A DNA stretch of 59,664 bases from contig JAEEOY010000088.1 of the NCBI GenBank assembly GCA_016284515.1, forward strand, positions 1-59,664, read 5' to 3'. This document shows positions 44,293-54,946 of the stretch, in pieces; positions within the stretch are counted from its first letter, which is position 1, and the number at the start of each line of letters is the position of its first letter. The notes below the pieces were generated by a model. That model saw only the letters and a list, made by a program, of their open reading frames with translations. It had not been told where the DNA came from and ran no database searches. The translations under genes and the position numbers were made by a program. The stretch comes from Kiritimatiellia bacterium. GTDB lineage: Bacteria; Verrucomicrobiota; Kiritimatiellia; RFP12; UBA1067.

Positions 44293-45621
44293 ATGAGCGA
44301 GCAGCAGGAAAAGGGCACCAACTGGGTGGCCGTCATTACCATGATGTTTATCTATGGCATGATTTCGTTTGTAACGAATCTTGCCGCGCCGATGGGCAAT
44401 GTCTGGAAGTACCAGCCCGGCATCGACGGCTCCAACATGCTCGGCATGATGGGCAATATGATGAACTTCCTCGCCTATGTTTTCATGGGTATTCCCGCTG
44501 GCAGGATGCTCACAAACTGTGGATACAAGAAAACCGCGATGATTGGCATTGCGACGGGCTTTGTCGGTGTTCTTATCCAGTTCCTCTCCGGCAAGATTCC
44601 GTTTACGGACAGCGCGATTGTTCCGTTCAGCGTCTATCTCCTGGGCGCGTTCGTGTGCGGCTTCTCTGTCTGCATGCTGAACATGGTCGTCAACCCGATG
44701 CTCAACCTGCTCGGCGGCGGCGGCAATCGCGGAAACCAGCTGAACATGATCGGCACGACGTTCAACTCTCTCGCCGGCACTGCGACCCCGGTGCTGGTTC
44801 TCTCCCTCATCGGCGAGGTTTCCAATACGACCAAAGTCGCCGATGTCAACCTCGTGATGTACATCGCGCTCACCGTCTTCGCGGTAGCGTTCGTGATTCT
44901 TGCCTTCATCCCGATCGCCAATCCCGAACAAGGCACGACGAGCGAAAAGATTCCAGTGCTGTCTCCGCTCAGGTTCCGCCACTGCCTTCTCGGTGTCGTT
45001 GCGATCTTCATGTATGTCGGCGTCGAGGTCGGCATTCCTGGCACGATGGGACTTTGGCTTCCCGCCGCCAATGGCCCCTTGGTGAAGGCTGGCATCGCGA
45101 ATGCTGCGACCGTGACGACTGGTTGCGTGGCCGTTTACTGGCTTCTGATGCTCGTCGGGCGCACGATCGGCGCGTTCATCGGCGGCAAGGTCTCCTCCCG
45201 CATTCTGATGATCGTTACGACGGTCGCCGCCATGTCCTTGCTTCTTGTCGGAGTTCTTCTCCCCGAGACTGTCACGGTTTCGATGCCGGTCATCGACGTT
45301 GCGCACCTCAAGTGCTGGATGGCGACGGTTCCCATGACGGCGCTGCTCTTCGCGCTGTGCGGACTGTGCACCTCGATCATGTGGCCGTCCACCTTCAACC
45401 TCGCCACCGAGAAGCTCGGCAAGTACACCGCCGCGGCATCGGGCCTGTTCATGGTGATGGTCGTGGGCGGAGGCGTTCTCCCGCTCATCCAGAACGCGAT
45501 CGCCGACAAGGCCGGCTTCATGATCGCCTACATCGTTCCGATTCTTGGCCTTGCCTACATGTTCGTCTACTCCGCGTTCCTCTCGAAGCCGCCGGCGGAC
45601 ATCGAGGAGCGCGTTAAGTAA
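44293..45621 (+). CDS. MFS sugar permease (FucP/GluP family)
   Basis: 12 TM; MGIPAG, LNMVVNP, YVGVEVG, SIMWPSTF, VVGGGVLP. Confidence 0.9.
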   Translation: MSEQQEKGTNWVAVITMMFIYGMISFVTNLAAPMGNVWKYQPGIDGSNMLGMMGNMMNFLAYVFMGIPAGRMLTNCGYKKTAMIGIATGFVGVLIQFLSGKIPFTDSAIVPFSVYLLGAFVCGFSVCMLNMVVNPMLNLLGGGGNRGNQLNMIGTTFNSLAGTATPVLVLSLIGEVSNTTKVADVNLVMYIALTVFAVAFVILAFIPIANPEQGTTSEKIPVLSPLRFRHCLLGVVAIFMYVGVEVGIPGTMGLWLPAANGPLVKAGIANAATVTTGCVAVYWLLMLVGRTIGAFIGGKVSSRILMIVTTVAAMSLLLVGVLLPETVTVSMPVIDVAHLKCWMATVPMTALLFALCGLCTSIMWPSTFNLATEKLGKYTAAASGLFMVMVVGGGVLPLIQNAIADKAGFMIAYIVPILGLAYMFVYSAFLSKPPADIEERVK

Positions 45622-45650
45622 GAACGTTTAGAAGTTGAAAAGTTTAGAAG
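45619..45650 (+). repeat. 8-mer repeat starting at the permease stop codon
   Basis: taagaacg tttagaag ttgaaaag tttagaag. Confidence 0.7.
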
Positions 45651-45680
45651 CGGACGGAGAGTCCCGGAAGGAGTGTTGAA

Positions 45681-46853
45681 ATGCTGAATCAGGAAGTCTA
45701 CGACGAGCTCGTTTCGAAGTTCGAGAAGCTCTACGGCGAGAAGCCTCAGGTCGTCGCCTACGCGCCCGGACGCATCGAGGTCCTTGGCAACCACACGGAC
45801 TACAACGAGGGCTACGTCTTCTCGGCGGCCATCGACAAGGGCACGTTCTTCGCGGTCTCGCCGACGGCCGACGCGAGCTGCGAGCTGACGGCCGGCGACT
45901 TCATGGAGACGGCGAAGTTCACCACCTCCACTGTCGCCCCCGCGAAGGAGATGACGTGGCAGAACTACGTCACCGGAACCTTCAACTGGCTTTTCGACGG
46001 CAATCCCGCCGCGGCGAAGCACGGCTTCAAGGCCATGTTCCTCGGCAACATCCCGCTTGGCGCCGGCCTGAGCTCCTCCGCCGCGCTTGAGATGTGCACG
46101 GCGCTCGCGCTCTCGAAGATCTACGGAATCGAGAAGGACAGGACCACGCTCGCCAAGATCGGGCAGAAGGCGGAGCACACCTTCGCGGGCTGCCCCTGCG
46201 GGCTCCTCGACCAGGCCTCCTCGATGTATGGCAAGGCCGGCGCGCTCGTCAAGAGCGACTTCCGCACGAACGAGTTCGAGTCCGTCCCGATGGGCGACGG
46301 CGTCGCGTTCATGATGGTCAAGTCGAACGCCAAGCACGCTCTCGTCGACGGAGCGTACGCGTCGCGCCGCCAGGCGTGCGAGGACGCGGCGAAGTTCTTC
46401 GCGGGCGTCCTGAGGAAGCCGGTCACGCATCTGCGCGACGTCACGATGGCGGAGTGGGTGCTGTACCACGGCGGGCTCAGCGAGACCACGGCCAAGAGGG
46501 CGGTGCATCCGATCGGCGAGGACGAGCGCGTTCTCCAGGGCGCGGCGCTCCTCGAGAAGGGCGACTTGAAGGGCTTCGGCGCGCTCATGTACGATTCGCA
46601 CGAGTCGAGCCGCAACTGGTTCGAGAACTCCTGCGAGGAGCTCGACGCGATCGTCGACGCGGCGAAGGCGATTCCCGAGGTCTACGGCGCGCGCCTTTCG
46701 GGCGGCGGATTCGGCGGCAGCTGCTGCCTTCTCGTCGACCCCTCGGCGGCCGACAGGATCGCGGCGCAGATTTCAAAGGAATACAAGGCGAAGTTCGGCG
46801 ACGAGCCGGTCTGCAGCCTCATCAAGCCCTCCGAGGGCGCTCATCTCGTCTAA
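45681..46853 (+). CDS. galK: Galactokinase
   Basis: APGRIEVLGNHTDYNEG, IPLGAGLSSSAALE, CGLLDQ, GARLSGGGFGG. Confidence 0.93.
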   Translation: MLNQEVYDELVSKFEKLYGEKPQVVAYAPGRIEVLGNHTDYNEGYVFSAAIDKGTFFAVSPTADASCELTAGDFMETAKFTTSTVAPAKEMTWQNYVTGTFNWLFDGNPAAAKHGFKAMFLGNIPLGAGLSSSAALEMCTALALSKIYGIEKDRTTLAKIGQKAEHTFAGCPCGLLDQASSMYGKAGALVKSDFRTNEFESVPMGDGVAFMMVKSNAKHALVDGAYASRRQACEDAAKFFAGVLRKPVTHLRDVTMAEWVLYHGGLSETTAKRAVHPIGEDERVLQGAALLEKGDLKGFGALMYDSHESSRNWFENSCEELDAIVDAAKAIPEVYGARLSGGGFGGSCCLLVDPSAADRIAAQISKEYKAKFGDEPVCSLIKPSEGAHLV

Positions 46854-46879
46854 AACAAGCATTCTGAAGGGAGAAATCA

Positions 46880-47998
46880 ATGAAATCTATCGTTCGCTCT
46901 CTCGCGGTGGCCGCGGCGGTGTCGGGGCTTTCCGCTTTCGCGCAGGACATTGAGGAGCTCGACGAGGAAGAGGTCGAGTCCTCTTCCGAAGCCGAGACGA
47001 CGGAGTCAGGGGAGGCTCCCATTGAAATCGGCGGACAGCTCCACCACCAGAAGGCGGAGGCCAGGTTCTTCTACACCCTTCCCGAGGTCCATAAGCTTGA
47101 GGGCGTGGCGGAGTTCCTCCAGCCCGGCAGCGAGACGTGGGCTCCCGTCGAGGAGGGGCGCCACTATCCGCTCGGCTCGTCCTTCCGCTCAATCGGCAAG
47201 GACACGCGCCTTACGGTTCAGTTTGGGCGCGAGTGCAGCATCATCGCAATCGGAGATGCGTCCTTCGGAACGCGTGCGCAGGGGCTTGAGGAGAAGTCCC
47301 GCGCGGTCATGCTCCAGGGCGGCGTCCTCGCGGTGAAGCTTCCCCGTAACCTCCCGGAGGGTCTTTTCTCCGTGACGGCGCCGGGCTTCTCGGTGGTCAA
47401 TCCGGCCGGCGAGTCCCGCTACCGCTACGCCAAGACTGGTGATGGCGACAGGGCGACGATCCGCTGCGTCACCGGCTCTCTCGCTGTCGAGGGACGCCAC
47501 TTCCGCATCCTTTCGATGCGCGCGGCCAACGAGGTGTGCATCCAGACCTCCCAGGACATGCTCTTCACGGGCATCTACGGAACGCGCGGCGACTATATCT
47601 GCAAGCTTGACCAGGGCCTCGTCAAGGTCACCGACGTCGAGACCGGAGAGTCCCACATCAACCCGAAGTTCCTCGAGTGGAAGATCTCGCCCCAGACTGC
47701 GGTCCGCATCCAGCGCGCCGTCCCCGAGATCGGCAAGAACATGTCGGTCAGCGTGATGACCTTCGACGCCGCCGGAAACCTCAAGAACCGTTGTGCGTTC
47801 GCCGAGAACCGCTTCGAGATCAACTCCGGAGAGCAGGCTCCCAGCACCAAGAGCGGACAGGCCGAGCTTGTGAAGAAGGCGGCCGAGGTCGCGTCCGACA
47901 CGACGGCTGTCGAGGCCGAGGCGGTCGAGACCGAGGCCTCCGATGGCGAGGATTCGTCCGACTCCGGCTCGTCCGACGATGACGATTTGGATTTCTAA
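46880..47998 (+). CDS. Hypothetical secreted protein, possibly FecR-like beta fold, with acidic termini
   Basis: Signal peptide; central beta-rich region (VMLQGG, GSLAVEG); acidic N- and C-terminal tails. Confidence 0.65.
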   Translation: MKSIVRSLAVAAAVSGLSAFAQDIEELDEEEVESSSEAETTESGEAPIEIGGQLHHQKAEARFFYTLPEVHKLEGVAEFLQPGSETWAPVEEGRHYPLGSSFRSIGKDTRLTVQFGRECSIIAIGDASFGTRAQGLEEKSRAVMLQGGVLAVKLPRNLPEGLFSVTAPGFSVVNPAGESRYRYAKTGDGDRATIRCVTGSLAVEGRHFRILSMRAANEVCIQTSQDMLFTGIYGTRGDYICKLDQGLVKVTDVETGESHINPKFLEWKISPQTAVRIQRAVPEIGKNMSVSVMTFDAAGNLKNRCAFAENRFEINSGEQAPSTKSGQAELVKKAAEVASDTTAVEAEAVETEASDGEDSSDSGSSDDDDLDF

Positions 47999-48064
47999 CA
48001 AAGACGCCGAGGAAAATTCCGGCGCCCATACGACAAAAGACAAGAGAAAGTTCAGAGCAACAAA

Positions 48065-49714
48065 ATGGTTATCCTGCAATTCAACAAGCTGATTCGCAAC
48101 AAGTGGATTTGGGGCGTCTTTGCCATCATCGTAGGCGGCGCGTTCGCGTTCGACTTCCTTGTGGACGACCTTATCAGGGACGACAAGAGCGACAGGAACG
48201 AGGCGAGCGCCGGAACTCTCGCGGGCGAGAGCGTCGGATCGTCGCTCTTCCGCGACATCACCGAGGAGCTGCGCGGCTTCGGACAGAACCGCGACTGGCG
48301 CCGGAAGTCGAGCGAGATCAACCGCGAGGCGTGGGAGATCTGCGCGATGCTCGAGGCGGCGAAGCGCAACGGAGTCGTCGCAACGGATGCGGAAGTCGCA
48401 AAGGCCATCCGCACCGACCGTTCGTTCCAGAAGAACGGACAGTTCAGCTTCGCGCTCTACCAGGGCCTTCTCCGCGAGAACTCCCTCACGCCCGAGCGCT
48501 TCGAGGAGTTCCTCAAGCGCCGTCTGACGATGACGAAGATCGCCGAGGGCGGCGCCGGTTCCGCCGTGTGGGCCTCCCCGATGGAAGTCGACCAGGCGGT
48601 CAACGACATGACCGACACCTTCACCGTCAAGGTCGCGAACTTCGCGGAGGACAAGAAGGAGGCCGACGCCGTCAAGCTCGACGACGAGGGTCTCAAGAAG
48701 TGGTATGACGAGAACTCGAAGTCCCTCGAGCTTCCCGAGCGCATCAAGCTTCGCATGGTCGCGTTCGACGCGACGGACACGAACGTGCTCGCGAAGATGA
48801 TCGTCTCCGAGGATGCTCTCCGCGACCACTACGATGTGACCGTCGACAAGTATACCTCCACCGACACCAACGGCGTCGAGACCGTCAAGAAGTTCGAGGA
48901 GGTCCGCGATCTCGTCGACAAGGAGGTCCGTCAGGTCGAGGCTGTCGAATACTACGTCACGAACCTGAACTCCCGCGTCTACGGCGTTCCTGCCGCGGAG
49001 GGCAAGTCCAGGCTGGACGAGATCGCCGCCGAGGAGGGTCTCAAGGTTGTCACCACCGACTGGTTCGCCCCCGACGGGACGTACAAGGAGGGCTTCATGA
49101 AGCGCTCCTACCAGATCTGCCCCGGCGCGCAGACCCTCAACGAGGTTGTTGCCGAGCTCGATCCCGACACCGAGGATCTCCGCTACGGCGTGGTGCGTTC
49201 CGACAGGACCGTCTGGCTGGTCGAGAAGATCGAGACGAGTCCCGCGCACGTGCCGACCTTCGAGGAGGCCAAGGAGATCATCCGTCCGCGCGCTCTTGAC
49301 GCGGCCAAGGAGAAGGCGTTCAAGGACAAGGTCGAGGCTGTCGCCAAGAAGGGCGTCGAAGCCGTTCTCGCGTCCGGCAACGTCTCCACGAACATCACCT
49401 TCGCCGTCTGCGACCTGAAGTCTGGGGACTTCCCGGACCAGAACGCGGTCGCCGGCGCGGCGATCAAGCTCTCCAAGGGACAGGTCTCCGACTTCGTCCG
49501 CACCGGCAAGGGCAAGGGCATTCTCGTCGTCTGCGAGGACCGCGTCCCCGGCGATGCCGCTAAGGCGCAGATATGGAAGCTCCAGGTCCGCGGAACGGTG
49601 GAGATGCTCCAGCGCCGCGAGATTCCGGAGTCCTGGAAGAAGTGGAACCTCGAGCGCCTTGGCTTCGAGCCGGGCGAGGGTTCCTCGATAGTCGACGTGG
49701 AAGAGGAAGAATGA
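48065..49714 (+). CDS. PpiD/SurA-N-like periplasmic chaperone
   Basis: N-terminal anchor [11 protein letters not shown]; [34 protein letters not shown]. Confidence 0.75.
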   Translation: MVILQFNKLIRNKWIWGVFAIIVGGAFAFDFLVDDLIRDDKSDRNEASAGTLAGESVGSSLFRDITEELRGFGQNRDWRRKSSEINREAWEICAMLEAAKRNGVVATDAEVAKAIRTDRSFQKNGQFSFALYQGLLRENSLTPERFEEFLKRRLTMTKIAEGGAGSAVWASPMEVDQAVNDMTDTFTVKVANFAEDKKEADAVKLDDEGLKKWYDENSKSLELPERIKLRMVAFDATDTNVLAKMIVSEDALRDHYDVTVDKYTSTDTNGVETVKKFEEVRDLVDKEVRQVEAVEYYVTNLNSRVYGVPAAEGKSRLDEIAAEEGLKVVTTDWFAPDGTYKEGFMKRSYQICPGAQTLNEVVAELDPDTEDLRYGVVRSDRTVWLVEKIETSPAHVPTFEEAKEIIRPRALDAAKEKAFKDKVEAVAKKGVEAVLASGNVSTNITFAVCDLKSGDFPDQNAVAGAAIKLSKGQVSDFVRTGKGKGILVVCEDRVPGDAAKAQIWKLQVRGTVEMLQRREIPESWKKWNLERLGFEPGEGSSIVDVEEEE

Positions 49715-50139
49715 TCCTCCGCTTCAAGAAAGTCCATCCGGACGCAACCCTGCCCGCGTATGCTCACAAGAGCGACGCGGGCATGGATTTGAGGAGTGTC
49801 GCCGATCTCGTCATCGCTCCAGGAAAGCGCGCGCTCGTCCCTACGGGGCTTGTGATGCTTCTCCCGCCCAACTACGAGGCCCAGGTGCGTCCGCGCTCGG
49901 GCCTCGCCCTGAAGCACGGCGTTACTGTCCTGAACACCCCTGGAACGATAGACTCCGGCTACCGCGGTGAGGTCGGGGTGATACTCGCGAACTTCGGCGA
50001 CGCCGATTTCACGGTGAACAAGGGCGACAAGATCGCGCAGATGGTAATCGCGCCGGTAACGCAGCCGGAAATCGTCGAGACGGACACTGTCGACGAAACC
50101 GACCGCGGGGCGGGCGGCTTTGGCTCCACTGGGGTTTAG
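49711..50139 (+). CDS. dut: dUTP diphosphatase
   Basis: [38 protein letters not shown]. Confidence 0.97.
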   Translation: MILRFKKVHPDATLPAYAHKSDAGMDLRSVADLVIAPGKRALVPTGLVMLLPPNYEAQVRPRSGLALKHGVTVLNTPGTIDSGYRGEVGVILANFGDADFTVNKGDKIAQMVIAPVTQPEIVETDTVDETDRGAGGFGSTGV

Positions 50140-50150
50140 CATCCCTCGAC

Positions 50151-50190
50151 TCAACCTTCAACCTTTCAACTTTTTTAACCCTTGAACCTC
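50151..50190 (+). repeat. TCAACCT-type 7-mer array between dut and def
   Basis: tcaacct tcaacct ttcaact ... cttgaacct; same family as 35052-35092 and 4295-4329. Confidence 0.8.
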
Positions 50191-50727
50191 AAGATAATCA
50201 AATACGGCGATCCTGTTCTCCGCGAAAAGGCGGAGCCGGTCGCGGTCGTGACGGATGCTCTCCGCGCGCTTGCCGCGGACATGATCGAGACGATGCACCG
50301 TTCCAAGGGCGTGGGGCTCGCCGCGGAGCAGGTGGGGCGCACCGAGAAGCTCTGCGTGATCGACATTCCCGAGGGATGCGAGAACGAGGAGGACGAGGCG
50401 TTCAACGCTCCGATCCAGATGCCGCTCGTCCTGTTCAATCCCGAGATCGTCTCCCAGGAGGGCAGCCAGCGCGACAAGGAGGGATGCCTCAGCTTCCCCG
50501 GCGTCGGAGGTTCGATAACGCGCGCGGCGCAGGTCGTGTGCCAGTACCTCGACGAGAACAACATGCCGCAGATGATCACCGCGCGCGGATTCCTCGCGAG
50601 GGCGATACAGCACGAACTAGACCATCTTAACGGAATTCTCTACGTCGACCACATGTCGGCTGTGGAGCGGCTCACCTACGCGCAGAAACTCAAACGCCTC
50701 GCAGCGGCGAACGGCGGGGCGCGCTGA
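50182..50727 (+). CDS. def: Peptide deformylase (TTG start)
   Basis: YGDPVLR, GVGLAAEQVG, EGCLS, QHELDHL. Confidence 0.96.
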   Translation: MNLKIIKYGDPVLREKAEPVAVVTDALRALAADMIETMHRSKGVGLAAEQVGRTEKLCVIDIPEGCENEEDEAFNAPIQMPLVLFNPEIVSQEGSQRDKEGCLSFPGVGGSITRAAQVVCQYLDENNMPQMITARGFLARAIQHELDHLNGILYVDHMSAVERLTYAQKLKRLAAANGGAR

Positions 50728-50757
50728 GGCTCGGTCTTTGAAGGAAGGGGGTTTGGC

Positions 50758-51639
50758 ATGGCAAGAAAGGGCATAATACTCGCAGGCGGCGCTGGAACGC
50801 GTCTTCATCCGCTCACGCGCGTCGTCTCGAAGCAACTTCTGCCGGTGTACGACAAGCCGATGGTCTTCTATCCGCTGTCGACGCTGATGCTTGCCGGAAT
50901 CCGCGAAGTGCTCGTCATCTCGACTCCGGAGGACCTGCCGAACTTCGAGCGGCTTCTCGGCGACGGATCGGACCTCGGCATGAAATTCTCCTACAAGGTG
51001 CAGGAGAAGCCGAACGGACTCGCCCAGGCGTTCGTTCTCGGGGCGGAGTTTCTCGGCGGGGACGACGCGTGCCTCGTTCTCGGCGACAACATTTTCTACG
51101 GGGCGGATCTTCCGCGCCTTCTCAAGGGTGCCGCGGCGAGGAGCGAGCCGACGGTGTTCGGATACCGCGTGAGCGATCCGGAGCGCTACGGCGTGGTGGA
51201 GTTCGACGCGGAGGGCCGTGCGGTCTCGCTGGAGGAGAAGCCGGCGAAGCCGAAGTCCAACTACGCCGTCGTGGGGCTTTACTTCTATCCCAACGACGTC
51301 GTCAGGAAGGCGGCTGCGCTCAAGCCCTCGGCTAGGGGCGAGTACGAGATCACTGACATCAACCGCGCGTATCTCGAGGAGGGCCGGCTTTCGGTCGAGA
51401 CGATGGGGCGCGGCTTCGCGTGGCTCGACACGGGCACGCACCAGTCGCTTGCCGACGCAACCAACTTCGTGCGCGCGCTCATCGAGCGCCAGGGGCTGCA
51501 GATCTCCTGCATCGAGGAGATCGCGTGGTCGAAGGGCTGGATAGACGACGCGCAGCTGAGGCGCCTTGCCGACGGCTACGGCAAGTCGACCTACGGCGCG
51601 TATCTTCGCAACCTCGTGCGCGAGACGCAAGGGGCGTAG
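50758..51639 (+). CDS. rfbA: Glucose-1-phosphate thymidylyltransferase
   Basis: [51 protein letters not shown]. Confidence 0.97.
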   Translation: MARKGIILAGGAGTRLHPLTRVVSKQLLPVYDKPMVFYPLSTLMLAGIREVLVISTPEDLPNFERLLGDGSDLGMKFSYKVQEKPNGLAQAFVLGAEFLGGDDACLVLGDNIFYGADLPRLLKGAAARSEPTVFGYRVSDPERYGVVEFDAEGRAVSLEEKPAKPKSNYAVVGLYFYPNDVVRKAAALKPSARGEYEITDINRAYLEEGRLSVETMGRGFAWLDTGTHQSLADATNFVRALIERQGLQISCIEEIAWSKGWIDDAQLRRLADGYGKSTYGAYLRNLVRETQGA

Positions 51640-51646
51640 CCGCCGA

Positions 51647-52135
51647 ATGAGCATGTCCATCATGTATGAATGGATCGGGTGGGTTCTGATTGCAATTGGA
51701 ACCATCGGCTGTTTTCTTCCTGTGCTGCCGGGTCCGCCGATTGCATATGCGGCGCTATTCCTTGCCCTCGCGCGAGGCGACCACTCGTCGCCGGAAGTTT
51801 CCACTTTTGTCGTCGCCGGATTGGTGATGGCGGTGGTGTTGGTTCTCGACTGGATTGTCCCGGCGCTCGGAGCGAGAAAGTTCAACTGCTCGCGCCTCGG
51901 GATGCTCGGATGTTTCATTGGAACAATCGCCGGGCTTTTCTTCCTTCCGCTCGGCGTCGTCGCGGGACCGTTCCTCGGGGCGCTTGCGGGTGAAATGGTG
52001 TCTGGCAAGCCGTTCGGCATGTCGCTCAAGGGGGCGTTTGGAGCACTCCTTGGGTACGTGTGCGGAGTGATGCTGAAGGTCCTCTGCTGCGGATTCATCG
52101 CCTACCAGTTCTGGCTGGCGATCCACGGCTCGTAG
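51647..52135 (+). CDS. DUF456 family membrane protein
   Basis: GCFLPVLPGPP, GARKF, GPFLGALAGE. Confidence 0.85.
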   Translation: MSMSIMYEWIGWVLIAIGTIGCFLPVLPGPPIAYAALFLALARGDHSSPEVSTFVVAGLVMAVVLVLDWIVPALGARKFNCSRLGMLGCFIGTIAGLFFLPLGVVAGPFLGALAGEMVSGKPFGMSLKGAFGALLGYVCGVMLKVLCCGFIAYQFWLAIHGS

Positions 52136-52230
52136 GCGTCTAGGCCGGGATGTTTGGCTGTATCGGCGCACTGTCCGACTGGATATGGCCCGTATGATAC
52201 TCTCGTATAATTGTCAGAGAACGGCCATTA

Positions 52231-52239
52231 TGCTATAAT
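52231..52239 (+). promoter_or_regulatory. Extended -10 promoter (TGCTATAAT)
   Basis: Consensus match 10 nt before ATG 52250 (possibly a leaderless or short-leader transcript). Confidence 0.6.
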
Positions 52240-52249
52240 TTTGCGCGAA

Positions 52250-54817
52250 ATGAGGATACTAGCGTCAGCGTTTGCCGCGGCCGTTCTGGTCATGCAGTGC
52301 GTTTATGCCCAAGAGCCCGTGTCCGCCGCCGTCGAGACTCCTGAGGGAACGGCGAGCAGGTCGAAGCTCGTGTGGGCTGGGGATGGTGTTGTGACAAACG
52401 GAATCGTCTCGTTCTACCGCCATTCGTTCTCCCTGCCCGCGAAGCCCGAGAAGGCGGCGCTCGATTCGTATCTCGACGACGACGGACAGGTCTTCATAAA
52501 CGGACGCGAGGTGCCGTCCCGCGGAGACGTCACGGCACTGCTGAAGCGCGGGGCGAACACCATCGCCGTCCGCGTCGAAAACGCCGTTTCCACCTCTGCC
52601 ATGATCTATCTCGTCTCCTGCGAGGACGAATACGGCAACAGGTTCTACGTCCACAGCGGCACTTCGCTCAAGGGGACGGTGAAGCCCCAGCCTGAGGGAT
52701 GGGAGCAGCCGGACTTCGACGATTCGGGGTGGCCGAACGTGAAAGTGTGCGCAGACGTCCTCGGAAAGCCCTGGGCGCTCCACTACGATTTGAAAAACCG
52801 ATTCACGACGAGGGACGAGCGCGCCCGCCTTGCCAAGCTCGAGGCGCCGCTGATGGTTCTTCAGAAGGGGCTTGAAGACGAGCCCGATCCCGCTGTGCGC
52901 GTTGTCTACCGCGGCAACCAGCCGAAGATTGAGATCAACGGCAGGCAGCTCGACGCGGCGGTCAACATATGCAATCCGGGCGACTCCTATCGCGACAATG
53001 CGATCGTCAGGTGCGCTGAGGCCGGATTCGGAATCGTCGAGCTCCGATTCGTGATGGAGAGGTTCTGCGACGACGAGGGCGCTCCGATTGGGTTCGGCAT
53101 GATCGACGAGGCCGTGCGGCGCGTGCTCGGACTCTGTCCCGAAGCCTATGTGGTGCTGGGGCTCGACTTCAGGATGAACAAGTGGGCGGAACGGCATCCG
53201 TCCGAGCAGGCCGGAGGCGCCTCGTCGCGCCGTCCGCGTCCGTCGGTCGCGAGCGACGCATATCGCGATCAGGCGCTCCGCGTCATGCAGGAGTTCGCTG
53301 AGTTCGCGAACGCGAAGCCGTGGGCGAAGCGCGTTGTGGGAATCCGTCCGCTGTGCGCCGTGTATACGGAGTGGGTCTATGGCGGAATGATCGAGGCGCC
53401 TGACACGGGCGAGAGAATGCGGGAGAGGTTCCGTGCCTTCATGAAGGCGCGTCGTGGGGTAGAAAACGCCGAGATCCCGTCCGCGCTGCGGTGCAGCAAG
53501 GATGGCGCCCTCCATGATCCGGCGGAGGACGGACTCGTCCTCGACTACCTCGAATGCCACGCGGATGCCGTAGCCGATTTCGTCCTCGCGCTTGCGGGCG
53601 AGGCGCGGCGGCTGTTCCCGGGGCGGCTAGTTGGCGTCTGCCATGGCGGACTCTGCTCGCGCGGCGCATGTGACGCGTCCGGCGCACCAGTGGACAGGGT
53701 CATCGAGAGTCCGGACGTCGACTTCATCTCGAACCCTCCTTTCGCCGATGCGCGCGCCCGGCTTTCCGGCGGCGGGTTCGCCCCGCGGACATCGCCTGCG
53801 ACGCTCCGCCGGCTCGGGAAGTTCCTGCTCGTCGAGGACGACAGCCGGTTCCATCATCTCTCGGGCTGGCTCAAGGGCTCGCAGAACCTGGCGACGAAAA
53901 CCGAGCTGGAGACGGAGATGAACGTGCGCCGCAACTGGCTGAACCAGTTTTTCGACGGCGACGGAATCCAGCTCTGCGATTCCGTCAAGGGCGTCGGGGA
54001 GCGTCCGAACGCCTTCGACGACCCCGCTGTGTTCAAGGGCATAGCGGACGCCAAGGCGGCGCTAAGGAAGGCTGGTGTCGCGTCCTTCTCGTCCGGAAAC
54101 ACCGTGGCCGTCGTGACAAGTCCGCGCGAGCGGCTCAGGATGGACGGCAGGCCCGACTCGCCGTTCACGCGCCTTGTCTGCCAGCAGCCGTTCATTGACA
54201 TCTGCCGCAGCGGCGCTGCGTTCGACATGCTGTCGCTTGAGGACTACCTCGCGAATCCGCGCGGATACAAGACCGTCGTCTTCCTCGACGCGTTCTACCT
54301 GACCGCGGAGGAGCGCGCTGCGCTGAAGAAGCTGACGCGAAAGCCATGCGTGACGTCCGTGTGGATCGGACCCGCGGGCGGAGTCACGGACGCCGGTTTC
54401 GACGACGCGGCGATGTCCGATCTCACCGGCGTGGCGGCAGCGGGTATCGCGCGCAGGCCGCGAATCGTCTGCCGCGACGGCGCGGCGAAACCCGTCTGCG
54501 ACGGAAAGGCGTACTCCAAGACGCTCGCCGCGGGCGGAAGGAGCATTGTCGTGCCGGAGATGCCGAAGTCTCCGTCGGAGTACGCGTCGATACTCAAGGA
54601 GGCGGGTGCGTGGCTCTACACGACGCCAGGAAGCTATTTCAGGCGCTACGGCGACATATTCATGCTGCACACGGGCACGATCGGAAGGCACACGATACGG
54701 CTTCCGAGAAAGCGGGACACCGTGCGCGAGCTGTTCACGGATGCGAAGTTCGCCTCATCGGTCGTGACCGTCGAGACGAGCGGACCTGCCACGTGGCTGT
54801 TCAGAATCGAACGGTGA
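52250..54817 (+). CDS. Putative secreted glycoside hydrolase (clan GH-A-like, GH42-like) with N-terminal beta-sandwich
   Basis: Signal peptide; GWEQPDFDDSGW; YTEW and VEDD candidate catalytic Glu motifs; paralogous to the next gene. Confidence 0.6.
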   Translation: MRILASAFAAAVLVMQCVYAQEPVSAAVETPEGTASRSKLVWAGDGVVTNGIVSFYRHSFSLPAKPEKAALDSYLDDDGQVFINGREVPSRGDVTALLKRGANTIAVRVENAVSTSAMIYLVSCEDEYGNRFYVHSGTSLKGTVKPQPEGWEQPDFDDSGWPNVKVCADVLGKPWALHYDLKNRFTTRDERARLAKLEAPLMVLQKGLEDEPDPAVRVVYRGNQPKIEINGRQLDAAVNICNPGDSYRDNAIVRCAEAGFGIVELRFVMERFCDDEGAPIGFGMIDEAVRRVLGLCPEAYVVLGLDFRMNKWAERHPSEQAGGASSRRPRPSVASDAYRDQALRVMQEFAEFANAKPWAKRVVGIRPLCAVYTEWVYGGMIEAPDTGERMRERFRAFMKARRGVENAEIPSALRCSKDGALHDPAEDGLVLDYLECHADAVADFVLALAGEARRLFPGRLVGVCHGGLCSRGACDASGAPVDRVIESPDVDFISNPPFADARARLSGGGFAPRTSPATLRRLGKFLLVEDDSRFHHLSGWLKGSQNLATKTELETEMNVRRNWLNQFFDGDGIQLCDSVKGVGERPNAFDDPAVFKGIADAKAALRKAGVASFSSGNTVAVVTSPRERLRMDGRPDSPFTRLVCQQPFIDICRSGAAFDMLSLEDYLANPRGYKTVVFLDAFYLTAEERAALKKLTRKPCVTSVWIGPAGGVTDAGFDDAAMSDLTGVAAAGIARRPRIVCRDGAAKPVCDGKAYSKTLAAGGRSIVVPEMPKSPSEYASILKEAGAWLYTTPGSYFRRYGDIFMLHTGTIGRHTIRLPRKRDTVRELFTDAKFASSVVTVETSGPATWLFRIER

Positions 54818-54946
54818 TGCCTCCGTTTTTTGCAGTATAGTGCCCTTTGTATACTCGCGTATAACAGTTTCGTATACACCTGTATAATTGTTGTTTCGGT
54901 GTGATTTTTGCTAAAATTTTCACGTCGTTTCACAAAGGGAAAAACA

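Noticed and set aside
26478-49249. Long minus-strand ORFs (e.g. 26478-28811, 36310-39918, 47189-49249) and long alternative-frame + ORFs (e.g. 37011-39995, 40503-42575)
   Set aside because: They fully overlap genes with clear family motifs and have Arg/Ala/Gly-rich shadow composition typical of high-GC DNA.
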